39,716 nt of DNA from Desulfobacterales bacterium (GTDB lineage Bacteria > Desulfobacterota > Desulfobacteria > Desulfobacterales > SpSt-501). Under the pieces are notes generated by a model. It searched no databases. It was not told the DNA's origin and saw only the letters and a list, made by a program, of their open reading frames with translations. The position numbers were made by a program, and so were the translations under genes. Of the stretch, positions 1 through 9,837 are shown one piece after another. Every line of letters begins with the position of its first letter. Within the stretch, counting starts at the first letter, position 1. The stretch covers positions 1-39,716 of the forward strand of contig JALOPB010000010.1 in the NCBI GenBank assembly GCA_025454115.1, in the 5' to 3' direction.

Positions 1-161
1 CGTTTGCCGTTCTTGTCGATAAAGCTGAAAGGAGGCCCCTGGGTTTGGCAGGCGACCCGCAGCTCACCCCTTTGAGCGATTTCCTCGAGTGTGCCCGCAA
101 CTGCCACCGATGCGAACCCGATCACCATCAAAAACGCGATTAACCATTTGACACGTTTCAT
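1..161 (-). CDS. Polar amino-acid ABC transporter substrate-binding protein (SBP family 3), 5' part; runs off the window start
   Basis: Not in the ORF track. Manual translation from ATG at 161: MKRVKWLIAFLMVIGFASVAVA-GTLEEIAQRGELRVACQTQGPPFSFIDKNGKR, a signal peptide followed by the typical 'TLEEI..RGELRV....PPFSF.D.NG' start. Strong SD AGGAGG upstream. Confidence 0.85.
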   Translation of the reverse strand, partial: MKRVKWLIAFLMVIGFASVAVAGTLEEIAQRGELRVACQTQGPPFSFIDKNGK

Positions 162-197
162 GATCCCTTCCTCCTCGATTTTAGGTTGGTTGCAGTC

Positions 198-1364
198 CTA
201 CTCCATTTCTTCCGTGACGACGATCCCCCTCTCAGCCAGGGCGGCCATGAACGGGGTGTACGGGACATGCAGGGCAGGATTGAGAACGCCCTTCTGGTCG
301 ATTTCACCTCCGGCGATCATCTGGGCGACGATACTGGCCGGGAATCCGACGCCCAGGCTCATGCCATAGAGGCCTGATTTCAGGTCGCGTTCGATGACCA
401 ATGCGGTCTTCAGGATTTTGGGCCGGCCTCCTTTTATTCCTGAAAAGACATTGTACATGGCGACGACGTCTTTTTCGCCATCCTGGTATTGAAGCTGAGG
501 CTCCAAAAGCTTCACCATGAACTGGTGCGGCGTCACGGCGCAGTCCAGTCCATCTAAAGGCTCATCGGACAGAAGGCCCAGACGTTTCAAGGGCCCCCAG
601 AAAGCAGCCCATCCCGGCCAGCGCAGGAGATAGCGCCCGGCCTCGCGGATTCCGGGCGTCACCCCCAGGAGGTCGGTGTAGAACACGGCGTCCCCGTTCG
701 GCACCGCTTCCATGTCGCCGAGGCCGGGGAACGCGATCGTATGAATCATTTCGGACTCGTGCTGCTGCTCGGCCGGCACCTCTATTTTTTCACCCGCTCG
801 GATGAAAACCGATGCCCGTTTCTGTGAACGCAGCACCATGTCGAAATTCCAGCTGATCTTGTAGTCAAGCGGATTGGTGCACGCCTTTTTTTCCGGGATG
901 CCGCCGCAGTAGGAATTCAGCACGTGCAGCTCGTCGAACTGGCGCACGGCATGCCCGCAGATGACAAGATCGATGCCGGGATCGAGTCCGCATTCCGGCA
1001 TGAGGCTGACGCCGGCGGCTCGGGCGGCTTCGTGCAGGTGGTGGATGGGTTTGCCGTAGTTTGTGCTGACCAGCGGCACCCTGGCCTCCAAGGCCGCTTC
1101 GAAGGCATTGACCATGAACGGCAGCGGCAAGAGATCGATGACTGCGTCGAAACCCTGCTTAAAGAGGGACACCAGTGCTTGCTTTGAGGCCCCATCCACC
1201 TGAACCGGTTTGATCTTGGCGATGTCGGTAATCGCCGCCATTCGGTTCCAGTCCTTCAGGCTGTAATCGGCGCAAACAACTTCTTGAACTCGTGTGCTGC
1301 GCGCCAAGTCCAAAAGCGCTGCCCTGCCCTGCATACCCAGTCCGCCTAACACCGCTATTCTCAT
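198..1364 (-). CDS. Saccharopine dehydrogenase / lysine 6-dehydrogenase family oxidoreductase
   Basis: 388 aa; N-terminal Rossmann motif IAVLGGLGMQG; ECGLDPGID, SYCGGIP, YKISW and LRWPGW motifs of the family; SD GGAG. Confidence 0.85.
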   Translation of the reverse strand: MRIAVLGGLGMQGRAALLDLARSTRVQEVVCADYSLKDWNRMAAITDIAKIKPVQVDGASKQALVSLFKQGFDAVIDLLPLPFMVNAFEAALEARVPLVSTNYGKPIHHLHEAARAAGVSLMPECGLDPGIDLVICGHAVRQFDELHVLNSYCGGIPEKKACTNPLDYKISWNFDMVLRSQKRASVFIRAGEKIEVPAEQQHESEMIHTIAFPGLGDMEAVPNGDAVFYTDLLGVTPGIREAGRYLLRWPGWAAFWGPLKRLGLLSDEPLDGLDCAVTPHQFMVKLLEPQLQYQDGEKDVVAMYNVFSGIKGGRPKILKTALVIERDLKSGLYGMSLGVGFPASIVAQMIAGGEIDQKGVLNPALHVPYTPFMAALAERGIVVTEEME

Positions 1365-1402
1365 GGAGTCTCCTGATGGGGAGGTAACGATTTAACGGCG
1401 GC

Positions 1403-1431
1403 AGTAAATCGATATTCAGAGCTTTTGTCAA
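1403..1431 (-). promoter_or_regulatory. Putative sigma70 promoter for the dehydrogenase/SBP operon
   Basis: Minus strand TTGACA-N17-TTTACT about 40 nt upstream of the ATG. Confidence 0.45.
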
Positions 1432-1537
1432 CATGGAAATCGGAGCGGAAGGAATAGATTTGAGCAGTCTACAGCGTTAATAAAGGCCGGCATGCCACGG
1501 TCTCTTAGGAAGTGGGAAAAACCGCAGTCTGTGAAAT

Positions 1538-2962
1538 TCAAAGACTGACCGTGACGTAATAGCCTTGTTCGCCGCGCTGGATCAGTAGAACAATCGATTT
1601 CTTTTGACGGGATTTGACCAGCGCTTTCCTGAATTCCTCGCGGCTGGAAACGCCCGTATCGTCGATCTGGCGAATGACATCTCCCGTTCGCGCGCCGATG
1701 CGCGCCAGATAGGAGCCTGTCTTTAGTTCAGAAACAACGACACCCTCCTTGATCGTGACTCGGAAATCTCGACGGGTTTTTGGGGTCAGCTCTTCAACCT
1801 TGATCCCGAGCAGACTCCAGGCAAGCTCATCCGCGCGCTCGATGGGAAACTCTTTGGTCTTTAAGTTAATCGTTCGGGTCTGCCCCCCGCGCCAGGTATG
1901 GATTTCAAGAGTTTCGCCGGTAGGTACATCTTTTGAGGCCGCCAAATAGTCGTCAAGCCCGGCGATCTTTTTATTCCCGATGGCCAATAGGATATCGCCT
2001 TCGCGCAGCCCGGCGCGCTGAGCCGGGCTTTCTGGCTCTATGCTTTTTACCATGACGCCTTTCCGGCCGGGGTAGTTCAGGTAGCGGGCGATTTTTTCAT
2101 CCAGCTCCTGGACGACCGCGCCGATCCAGGCCTGTTTTACCTCCCCATACTCGATGAGATCGGACACGATGCGCTGGGCCTTGCCGATGGGGATGGCAAA
2201 ACCGATGCCTTGAGCCTTGGCATAGATGGCGGTGTTGATGCCGATCAGCTCTCCATTGATATTGAGCAGCGGGCCGCCGCTATTGCCTGGATTGATTGAA
2301 GCGTCGATCTGAATGAAATCCTGGAACACACGATCGTCGGTGCGGATGCTGCGGTTCAAGGCGCTGATCACGCCGGTGGTGACCGTATGGGAAAAGCCAA
2401 ATGGGTTACCGATAGCGATTACCGTCTCGCCGATCATAAGGTCATCGCTGTTCCCCATGGCGATGGATGGAAGCTTTTCGCGGGGATCGATTTTTAGAAC
2501 GGCCAAGTCCGATTCGGTGTCCGCGCCGATGATACGGGCTTCGTATTCACGTTCGTCCTGCAGCACCGCCTTAATAATCCCCGAACGCTGAATGACGTGG
2601 GCATTGGTAAGGATCAGCCCTCTTTCGCCATCGATTATCACTCCGGAGCCGAGGCTCGTGCTCTGCTGGCGCCGATCGAACCGCGGATCAAAGAAATCCT
2701 TGAAGAACTCGTCGAAGAACGGGCTTCCGAAACCCGAAAACGGGTTGGCGCGGGCGCGGGCTTCAAAAGCCGTACTGATATTGACTACGGCCGGGCTGAC
2801 TTTGCGCACGGCTCTCACCACGGCACTCTCGCGCAAATTGTCGGGCGCGGCTTCAACTGCGATGGACTGAAGCAATAGACATATCAACAAACAGACGCAA
2901 TACCGGTTGCGGCGACTTAACCAACGAATGGGGATTCTTGATTTTAAATTTGGCTTTTTCAT
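1538..2962 (-). CDS. htrA: Do/HtrA (DegP/DegQ) family periplasmic serine endoprotease with two PDZ domains
   Basis: Catalytic motifs TNAHV, SDLAVLK and INPGNSGGPL; two C-terminal PDZ-like segments. Start moved from 3001 to ATG 2962 because the ORF-track start lies inside the promoter. Confidence 0.93.
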   Translation of the reverse strand: MKKPNLKSRIPIRWLSRRNRYCVCLLICLLLQSIAVEAAPDNLRESAVVRAVRKVSPAVVNISTAFEARARANPFSGFGSPFFDEFFKDFFDPRFDRRQQSTSLGSGVIIDGERGLILTNAHVIQRSGIIKAVLQDEREYEARIIGADTESDLAVLKIDPREKLPSIAMGNSDDLMIGETVIAIGNPFGFSHTVTTGVISALNRSIRTDDRVFQDFIQIDASINPGNSGGPLLNINGELIGINTAIYAKAQGIGFAIPIGKAQRIVSDLIEYGEVKQAWIGAVVQELDEKIARYLNYPGRKGVMVKSIEPESPAQRAGLREGDILLAIGNKKIAGLDDYLAASKDVPTGETLEIHTWRGGQTRTINLKTKEFPIERADELAWSLLGIKVEELTPKTRRDFRVTIKEGVVVSELKTGSYLARIGARTGDVIRQIDDTGVSSREEFRKALVKSRQKKSIVLLIQRGEQGYYVTVSL

Positions 2963-2992
2963 CGATCTGGGATAGATACATAAATTTTTCAC

Positions 2993-3021
2993 ATTATACA
3001 TATCACTCCCACTAACAGCAA
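2993..3021 (-). promoter_or_regulatory. Sigma70 promoter for htrA
   Basis: Minus strand TTGCTG-N17-TATAAT (perfect -10). Confidence 0.6.
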
Positions 3022-3036
3022 CCTTACAATACGTTT

Positions 3037-5556
3037 ATGGAAAAAACCTTCGACTTTCTGGCCTCAATAGAAAAGCCGAGCCGATACCTGGGCTCCGAAA
3101 TCAACACCATCCGCAAGAGCGTAAATGAAACGAGGTTGCGCGTGGTACTGGCTTTTCCAGATCTTTATGAAATCGGCACGTCTCATTTCGGCCTTCAGAT
3201 CCTTTATCATATTCTAAACAGCCAGCCGGATGTCGCCGCCGAACGGGTATTTGCACCGGCTCCGGATATGGAGGCGTATCTCCGCCATTCGGACCGGCCT
3301 CTTTTTTCTCTGGAGTCTCATACTCCACTGAACCAGTTCGACATCATCGGCTTCAGCCTCCTGTATGAGCTGAATTACACGAACATGCTTACCATGCTTG
3401 AGCTTTCAGGCATTCCCTGGCTGGCGTCCGAACGAGACTCATCCCATCCGATCGTAATCGCCGGCGGGCCCTGCACCTGCAATCCCGAGCCAGTGGCCGA
3501 ATTCTTTGATGCCATGGTTGTGGGCGATGGAGAGGCCGTGGCGGTCGAGCTGGTGCGTGCATGGTTCGAATGGAAACAATCCGGTGCCCGCGACCGTCAG
3601 GCACTTCTGGAACGTTGGTGCGTCATTGAAGGCGTGTATGTCCCTGCGTTTTTCGAAGCGCGCTATGATGCTTCCGGGCTACAGACGGTAATTCCGCGGT
3701 TTGATAGCTATCCGACCGTCAGGCGGGCAATAGCCGCAGACCTGGATAATGCGCCATTCCCGGATCACCCGGTGATTCCCTTTGGAAAACCGGTTCACGA
3801 CCGGCTGCGGATCGAAGTTTCGCGCGGATGCACGCGCGGGTGCCGGTTCTGCCAAGCAGGAATGATTTACCGTCCGGTGCGGGAACGTTCGCCGGGACAA
3901 GTCTTTGATCTGGCCGTACAAGCCCTGGGCACCACGGGCTATGAGGACGTCTCGCTGCTGTCACTCAGCACGAGCGACTATTGCTGCATCGTTCCCCTGA
4001 TACAGCAGTTGATGGGCCGCTATGCCTCCGAACGGGTGGCGGTTTCGCTTCCGTCGCTGAGGGCTGGCACCCTGTCTCCCGACCTAATGGATCTTATCCG
4101 ACAGGTTCGTAAGACCGGCTTCACGATCGCTCCAGAGGCCGGAAGCCAGCGACTTAGGGACGTAATCAACAAGAACATCAGCGAAACCGAAATTATCGAA
4201 ACGGTGGGGAGCGCATTCCGGATGGGGTGGCAGCTGGTCAAGCTTTACTTCATGATCGGCTTACCTACCGAAAGCGATGAAGATCTTAATGCCATTGTGG
4301 ATCTTGCATTTCGCCTGCGCAAGCTCAAGGGGCCGGCCGGCCGTAGGGGCCAGATCAATATCAGCGTGGCCACCTTCATTCCCAAACCCCATACTCCGTT
4401 TCAGTGGGCGGCTCAACTATCGCTGGCTGAGTCTCGCGATCGGCTCCGGTGGCTTCAGGAAAGACTGAAATCCGCCGCCATCGATTTCAAATGGCAGAAC
4501 CCGGAGATGAGCCGGCTGGAGGGAATCTGGGCCAGAGGCGACCGCCGGCTCGGGCCGGTTTTGCAGGCTGCGCATCGCCGTGGATGCCGATTCGACGGAT
4601 GGAGCGACCATCTGAATATTAAAGCATGGATGGAGGCGTTTGCCGATGCAGGGGTTGACCCGGGCTTCTACCTGACCCGGACGCGAGACATCCGGGAGCC
4701 GCTTCCCTGGGATCATATCGACATTCTCGTCGATAAGGGGTTCCTGGCTGCCGAATGGGAAAAAGCCCTTGCCGAATCCGGTTTGACTGACGACTGCCGT
4801 TTCGGAGCGTGTAATGCCTGCGGAGTCTGCGATTTCAAGGCGATCGCTCCCCGCGTTCATTCCCAAATGTCGCTGCAAGGGGGTGCGGCTGGTCATCCTA
4901 CCGGAATGCGCACAGGCCCCTATCGAAAACTTCAGGTTTCCTATTCAAAGCTCGGTCCAGCACGCTTTTTCGGGCATCTGGAGTTGGTCAATATTTTTTT
5001 CAGAGCGCTGCGGCGCGCCGGGATCCCTTTAAAATACTCTGAGGGCTTTCACCCGAAGCCCAAGGTGGCCTTTGACAATCCGCTCCCCACCGGAATGGAG
5101 AGCGAAGACGAGCGAATGATCATTAGCGTTGCTGAGGGGGTGACTCCTGCCGCGTTGTTGAGTAGATTGAATGCTCAGCTTCCTGAAGGTTTGCATGTTC
5201 ATACCTGTAGCGAAGACATTCAGGATCAGCCCACGCACTGCACGTTCCGGGTTTTCTGGGGGAAGAATCCTCTCGAGGAACTGACTCCCTCTTTGAACCT
5301 GCTTGATTACGATCAGGATCTGGTAATCGTATCCCCCAAAGGAAAGTTGAAAAAGATAGCATTAAGAGATATCCTGTTGGATGTTCGGCAGGCGGATTTC
5401 AACAGCCTGGACATGGTCCTGGGATGTGAACCTGGTAAAACCGTTCGTGCAACGGAAGTGCTTAAGCAGGCTTTCGGGCTCACCGAAGAAGGGGTGAAGA
5501 CAGTCGGCATTCGCAAGCTCAAAATGACGGCCACGGTTGAGGCTAAAAAATATTAG
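3037..5556 (+). CDS. TIGR03960-family B12-binding-like radical SAM protein fused to a TIGR03936 (DUF2344) domain
   Basis: 839 aa; KPSRYLGSEIN and FPDLYEIG N-terminus; CTRGCRFC radical SAM motif; FIPKPHTPFQW; C-terminal domain YSKLG..RFFGHLE..RALRRAGIP..YSEGFHPKPK. Confidence 0.92.
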   Translation: MEKTFDFLASIEKPSRYLGSEINTIRKSVNETRLRVVLAFPDLYEIGTSHFGLQILYHILNSQPDVAAERVFAPAPDMEAYLRHSDRPLFSLESHTPLNQFDIIGFSLLYELNYTNMLTMLELSGIPWLASERDSSHPIVIAGGPCTCNPEPVAEFFDAMVVGDGEAVAVELVRAWFEWKQSGARDRQALLERWCVIEGVYVPAFFEARYDASGLQTVIPRFDSYPTVRRAIAADLDNAPFPDHPVIPFGKPVHDRLRIEVSRGCTRGCRFCQAGMIYRPVRERSPGQVFDLAVQALGTTGYEDVSLLSLSTSDYCCIVPLIQQLMGRYASERVAVSLPSLRAGTLSPDLMDLIRQVRKTGFTIAPEAGSQRLRDVINKNISETEIIETVGSAFRMGWQLVKLYFMIGLPTESDEDLNAIVDLAFRLRKLKGPAGRRGQINISVATFIPKPHTPFQWAAQLSLAESRDRLRWLQERLKSAAIDFKWQNPEMSRLEGIWARGDRRLGPVLQAAHRRGCRFDGWSDHLNIKAWMEAFADAGVDPGFYLTRTRDIREPLPWDHIDILVDKGFLAAEWEKALAESGLTDDCRFGACNACGVCDFKAIAPRVHSQMSLQGGAAGHPTGMRTGPYRKLQVSYSKLGPARFFGHLELVNIFFRALRRAGIPLKYSEGFHPKPKVAFDNPLPTGMESEDERMIISVAEGVTPAALLSRLNAQLPEGLHVHTCSEDIQDQPTHCTFRVFWGKNPLEELTPSLNLLDYDQDLVIVSPKGKLKKIALRDILLDVRQADFNSLDMVLGCEPGKTVRATEVLKQAFGLTEEGVKTVGIRKLKMTATVEAKKY

Positions 5557-5566
5557 GATTTTTGAT

Positions 5567-7102
5567 ATGTATAAACAGCTAATCATCAACGTTAACGAAC
5601 ATGAAACACGGGTTGCGCTGCTGGAAGACGGGACCATCGTGGAGCTTCATGTGGACCGTGGTGATGATTCCGATATTGCCGGCAACATATATAAAGGAAA
5701 AGTTATTAGAGTGCTGCCCGGCATGCAGGCGGCATTCGTTGACATCGGCCTGAACCAAGCTGCTTTTATTTATGTTGATGACGTATATAGAAATAATTTC
5801 AAGGATATAGAAAATTTTTTCGCCTTGCGATCCGAAGATTCGGAAACCCCTCCGGATGAGGAAATACTTCCCCTTCCGCATCAAAAACGTGATTTTCTGA
5901 TCGAAGAGCTGCTGGTGGAGGGCCAGGAAGTGCTCGTCCAGGTGGCAAAGTCCCCCATGGGAACCAAGGGCGCTCGGATTTCATCGCACATATCCATTCC
6001 GGGTCGGTTCCTGGTCGTAATGCCGTCATCCAGCCACATCGGAATCTCGCGGCGTATCGAAGATGAGACAGAACGTGCCCGCCTCAAGCGGCTGGTGCAT
6101 GATTTGCGCAAGGATAACTTCGGATATATCATTCGTACAGCGGCTGAGGGAGAAACCGAAGAGAAAATCGTTTATGAGATGGGGTTCCTGACCAATCTTT
6201 GGGAGAATATCCAACGGAAGTTTTCAACCGCCCCCACCCCCTCGATGATCTATCAAGATCTTTCAATTAGCTTGCGGGCGGTGCGGGATTTGCTCATCCA
6301 TGAGGTTGAAAAGCTTGTTATCGATTCAAGGCCCACATATGAGGCTGTGCTTTCTTTCTTAGACACCTATATGCCGAGTCTTAAAGAAAACGTCATCTTG
6401 TACGACGGACCAGAACCCGTATTCGACGCCTACAACCTGGAAGGTGACGTTTCAAGAGCGTTGAAGCGCAAAGTTTGGCTTAAATCAGGTGGTTATATTC
6501 TTATCGAGCATACTGAAGCACTCACTGCCGTAGATGTCAATACCGGCCGGTATGTTGGCAAACACAATCTTGAAGAGACCATTCTGAAGACTAATCTGGA
6601 GGCGGTAAAAGAGATCGCCTACCAGATACGTCTGCGCGACATCGGCGGCATTATAATAATTGATTTTATCGATATGGAGAAGAAATCCAATCAGGAGAGG
6701 GTGTTTACCGCTTTCAGGGAAGCGCTGAAGCGCGACAAGAGCAAAACCCATGTCCTTCCCATGTCGGAAATGGGACTGATCCAGATGACCCGCAAGCGCA
6801 CCCGCGAGCCGCTGACTCGCATTTTATGTGAGCCCTGCTTTTATTGCGACGGAGAAGGCTACATTGTTTCGCGCCAGTCTGTATGCTACCACGTCTACCG
6901 CGAGATCCTGCGCAATTCAGGTGACGTTCTCGGCCACCGGGTAGCCATCCGGGCAAACCCCCAAGTAGCGGAGTTCCTGCACCGGGAGGAGAACCATCTC
7001 ATTGCCAACCTAGAACGGATTCTGGGCAAGCAGATTGTCATCTACCCCGAGCCCCAGTATCATATGGAGCAGTTTGACATATTTGAAATCCTGGAGAACT
7101 GA
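5567..7102 (+). CDS. rng: Ribonuclease G (Rne/Rng family)
   Basis: GNIYKGKV.RVLPGMQAAFVDIG S1 domain; DVNTG, IIIDFIDM and CFYC.G.G motifs; about 511 aa with no degradosome tail. Start taken at ATG 5567 after AGGA. Confidence 0.93.
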   Translation: MYKQLIINVNEHETRVALLEDGTIVELHVDRGDDSDIAGNIYKGKVIRVLPGMQAAFVDIGLNQAAFIYVDDVYRNNFKDIENFFALRSEDSETPPDEEILPLPHQKRDFLIEELLVEGQEVLVQVAKSPMGTKGARISSHISIPGRFLVVMPSSSHIGISRRIEDETERARLKRLVHDLRKDNFGYIIRTAAEGETEEKIVYEMGFLTNLWENIQRKFSTAPTPSMIYQDLSISLRAVRDLLIHEVEKLVIDSRPTYEAVLSFLDTYMPSLKENVILYDGPEPVFDAYNLEGDVSRALKRKVWLKSGGYILIEHTEALTAVDVNTGRYVGKHNLEETILKTNLEAVKEIAYQIRLRDIGGIIIIDFIDMEKKSNQERVFTAFREALKRDKSKTHVLPMSEMGLIQMTRKRTREPLTRILCEPCFYCDGEGYIVSRQSVCYHVYREILRNSGDVLGHRVAIRANPQVAEFLHREENHLIANLERILGKQIVIYPEPQYHMEQFDIFEILEN

Positions 7103-7150
7103 ACCTCAGCCACCCGCCAAGAGGATCTGGTTTTAGCGATCGTATAATTC

Positions 7151-7179
7151 TTGACATACTTAATCTACTGTGATTTATT
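7151..7179 (+). promoter_or_regulatory. Sigma70 promoter for the rpmH operon
   Basis: TTGACA-N17-TTTATT with an extended -10 TG. Confidence 0.6.
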
Positions 7180-7266
7180 TCAAAAGTTTTATATCAGGGA
7201 GCTGTGGGACAGAAGCTGTTTCCGGCTTCATGGCCGTTTTATTGAATTCACTAAGGATGTGCGATT

Positions 7267-7401
7267 ATGAAAAGACCATTTCAACCCAGCAGACTGCGTC
7301 GAGTCAGAAATCATGGCTTTAGGAAGCGTATGGCCACAAAGAGCGGCCGCAAAGTGTTAAGCCGTCGGCGCGCTAAGGGAAGGGTCCGCCTTGCAGGCTG
7401 A
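7267..7401 (+). CDS. rpmH: 50S ribosomal protein L34
   Basis: Below the ORF-track cutoff. Manual translation [44 protein letters not shown] (44 aa); directly upstream of rnpA; SD AAGGA. Confidence 0.98.
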   Translation: MKRPFQPSRLRRVRNHGFRKRMATKSGRKVLSRRRAKGRVRLAG

Positions 7402-7447
7402 TTTATTGTCAGTGAATCGGATTTCGCCCATTCAGAGAAGAGGATAG

Positions 7448-7801
7448 TTGCGTTTCTTCTTTAAAAAGTCTGATCGTCTCTTAAAGCGTTCCGAGTTTAT
7501 TGAATTATCAGAATCGGGACGACGGCTAACCACCCGATTATTTATCGGGTTAGCCGCGCCGGCTGAAAGCGGGCGTTCGCGGATCGGTATCACCGTGAGC
7601 CGCAAAGTTGGAGGGGCGATACAGCGCAATCGGATCAAGCGATTGGCAAGAGAAGCTTTTCGACTGAATAGACACCTTCTTGCCAGTCCTTTGAACATCA
7701 GTCTGATTGCTCGCAGGGCCGCCGCCGAACAGCCCAACCGGGCCGTCGCTCAGGCGCTGAAGGATATTTACGATATGCTGCCGAGGCAACTTGAATATTA
7801 A
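7448..7801 (+). CDS. rnpA: Ribonuclease P protein component
   Basis: RL.KRSEF and [28 protein letters not shown] (RNR motif); canonical position; TTG start after GAGGA. Confidence 0.96.
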   Translation: MRFFFKKSDRLLKRSEFIELSESGRRLTTRLFIGLAAPAESGRSRIGITVSRKVGGAIQRNRIKRLAREAFRLNRHLLASPLNISLIARRAAAEQPNRAVAQALKDIYDMLPRQLEY

Positions 7802-8018
7802 ACGGTTGTTGACCCTTTTTTTTCTTGCGTTGATAAAAACGTATCAATTTCTCCTTTCTCCGGTTCTGGGTCCCACGTGCCGTTTCTATCCTTCCTGCTC
7901 TGAATATGCCTATCAAGCGATCGCGCGTTATGGACCGGCAAGAGGCTCTTTGTATGCTGTCAAGCGTTTGCTGCGATGTCACCCCTTCCAGCACGGAGGA
8001 GTGGATCCAGTCCCCTGA
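7791..8018 (+). CDS. yidD: Membrane protein insertion efficiency factor YidD
   Basis: [18 protein letters not shown] and [14 protein letters not shown] motifs. Confidence 0.96.
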   Translation: MNIKRLLTLFFLALIKTYQFLLSPVLGPTCRFYPSCSEYAYQAIARYGPARGSLYAVKRLLRCHPFQHGGVDPVP

Positions 8019-8116
8019 TCGTATGTCCGGCGCAATTGGGGTAAACGCAATCGCCGAATGCCAGTTTCAATGCCTATAAGAAGGTTATCCGAAGTATAGC
8101 TCTCTAGGAGATCGAT

Positions 8117-9775
8117 ATGGATCAAATGCGGCTGCTCTTGGCTCTTGTGCTCTCATTTCTGGTTTTCATGCTTTGGAATGTTTTCTTTGGCCAGGAAGCT
8201 AAGCAAAAACCTGCGCCGCAACTTCAGCAGGAAGCCCAAAGGGAGGACAAAGGCGAATCGGTCGCTCCTGCGCCAGTCCTGCCTAAAGAGTCCAAACCGA
8301 TATTGGAAAGCACAGGGGCTGTTAAACCAGCGAGGCCATCTCGTCAGATCACCGTTGAAACCCCGCTTTACAAAGCCATACTTTCCGAGAAAGGCGCCGG
8401 GATCAACGGATTCATTCTGAAACAATTTCGGGCTGCAGCAGCAGCAGACTCGCCCTTGATGAACCTTTTTCCTGATAACGGCGCGGTGGATGGTTTGATC
8501 GTAGGGTTGTCCAGCAAGGGGCCTGGTGCTTTTGAAAACGAACCGTTTCGAGCCAATCTTGACAGCGATCAACTAAGCCTTACCGACGGAACTAGAGAAA
8601 TCGTTTTTCGCTCAATAACTGAAAGCGGTATACAGATCGAAAATGTATACCGGTTCGCTGCAGACTCATATGCCATCGGTTTTGAAGTCCGTTTAACGAA
8701 TAATACCGACCAGCCTCTAAAAGACAGCCTTACGGTAGCGCTTCGCAATTGGTTTCCCAATAAAAAGAATTCTCAGGCTTTTGAAGGTCCCAGTGCACTT
8801 GTCAATCAAAAAATCGAACAGATTCCCATTGATGAAATCGAGAAAAAGGGGCACCTGAACGGCCATGTCAGTTGGATGGCCCTGGAGTCTCGTTATTTTG
8901 CAACAAGTCTAGTGCCCCTCAAAGATCAAGAAGCTTCGGTTCGTTTTGCGGCGTTTCCCGGCAATATCGTGGAAGCTCAATATGCCGAGCCCGAGCAGAC
9001 GTTTGCTCCGCGGAGCCGTAATATATTCGAATATCAGCTGTTTTTCGGACCTAAGAGCATGAATGCCCTCAGGCAGGCAGGTCATGAGTTGTCGCGACTT
9101 ATCGATTTCGGAACGTTCGATGTCCTTGCTAAGCCCTGTTTGTGGTTGATGAATTATCTCTATACAATCATCCCAAATTATGGCGTGGCTATAATCATTC
9201 TAACGCTGCTCAGCAAAATCCTCCTTTGGCCGCTTGGCACCAAGAGCTACAAATCCATGAGCCAAATGAAAAAACTGCAGCCGCTGATCCAGGAACTTCG
9301 AGTAAAATACAAGAACGACCGGAAAAAAATGAACGAAGAGATCATGCGCCTCCACCGAACCTACAATATCAATCCGCTAGGCGGTTGTTTACCCATGCTG
9401 GTGCAGATTCCGGTCTTCTTTGCGCTCTATCGCATGCTTGACCAGGCGATTGAATTGCGCCATGCTCATTTTATCTGGTGGATTAACGATCTTTCCGCCC
9501 CAGACCGGCTTTTTAATTTCGATTTTTCCATTCCTTTTATGGAACCGCCGTATGGAATTCCGGTCCTTACCCTTGTCATGGGCGCGACCATGTTCTGGCA
9601 GCAGAAGATGACGCCGCCTGCTGGCGACCCGGCTCAGGCAAAGATGATGTTGCTGATGCCGGTGGTCTTCACATTTATTTTTATAAATTTTTCCGCCGGG
9701 TTGGTTCTTTACTGGCTGGTCAACAACGTTCTTTCCATCGGTCAGCAATATTATACTCAGAAAAAATTTGGATAA
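8117..9775 (+). CDS. yidC: Membrane protein insertase YidC
   Basis: N-terminal TM segment, large periplasmic domain, NYGVAIIILT, NPLGGCLPMLVQIPVFFALY, W..DLSAPD, GLVLYWLVNN. Confidence 0.97.
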   Translation: MDQMRLLLALVLSFLVFMLWNVFFGQEAKQKPAPQLQQEAQREDKGESVAPAPVLPKESKPILESTGAVKPARPSRQITVETPLYKAILSEKGAGINGFILKQFRAAAAADSPLMNLFPDNGAVDGLIVGLSSKGPGAFENEPFRANLDSDQLSLTDGTREIVFRSITESGIQIENVYRFAADSYAIGFEVRLTNNTDQPLKDSLTVALRNWFPNKKNSQAFEGPSALVNQKIEQIPIDEIEKKGHLNGHVSWMALESRYFATSLVPLKDQEASVRFAAFPGNIVEAQYAEPEQTFAPRSRNIFEYQLFFGPKSMNALRQAGHELSRLIDFGTFDVLAKPCLWLMNYLYTIIPNYGVAIIILTLLSKILLWPLGTKSYKSMSQMKKLQPLIQELRVKYKNDRKKMNEEIMRLHRTYNINPLGGCLPMLVQIPVFFALYRMLDQAIELRHAHFIWWINDLSAPDRLFNFDFSIPFMEPPYGIPVLTLVMGATMFWQQKMTPPAGDPAQAKMMLLMPVVFTFIFINFSAGLVLYWLVNNVLSIGQQYYTQKKFG

Positions 9776-9837
9776 TCGGCTAAGCCGCCACTGGCCGTAT
9801 TTGCCATCCACTAGGCGGGCGGATGGATGTTGGTTTT

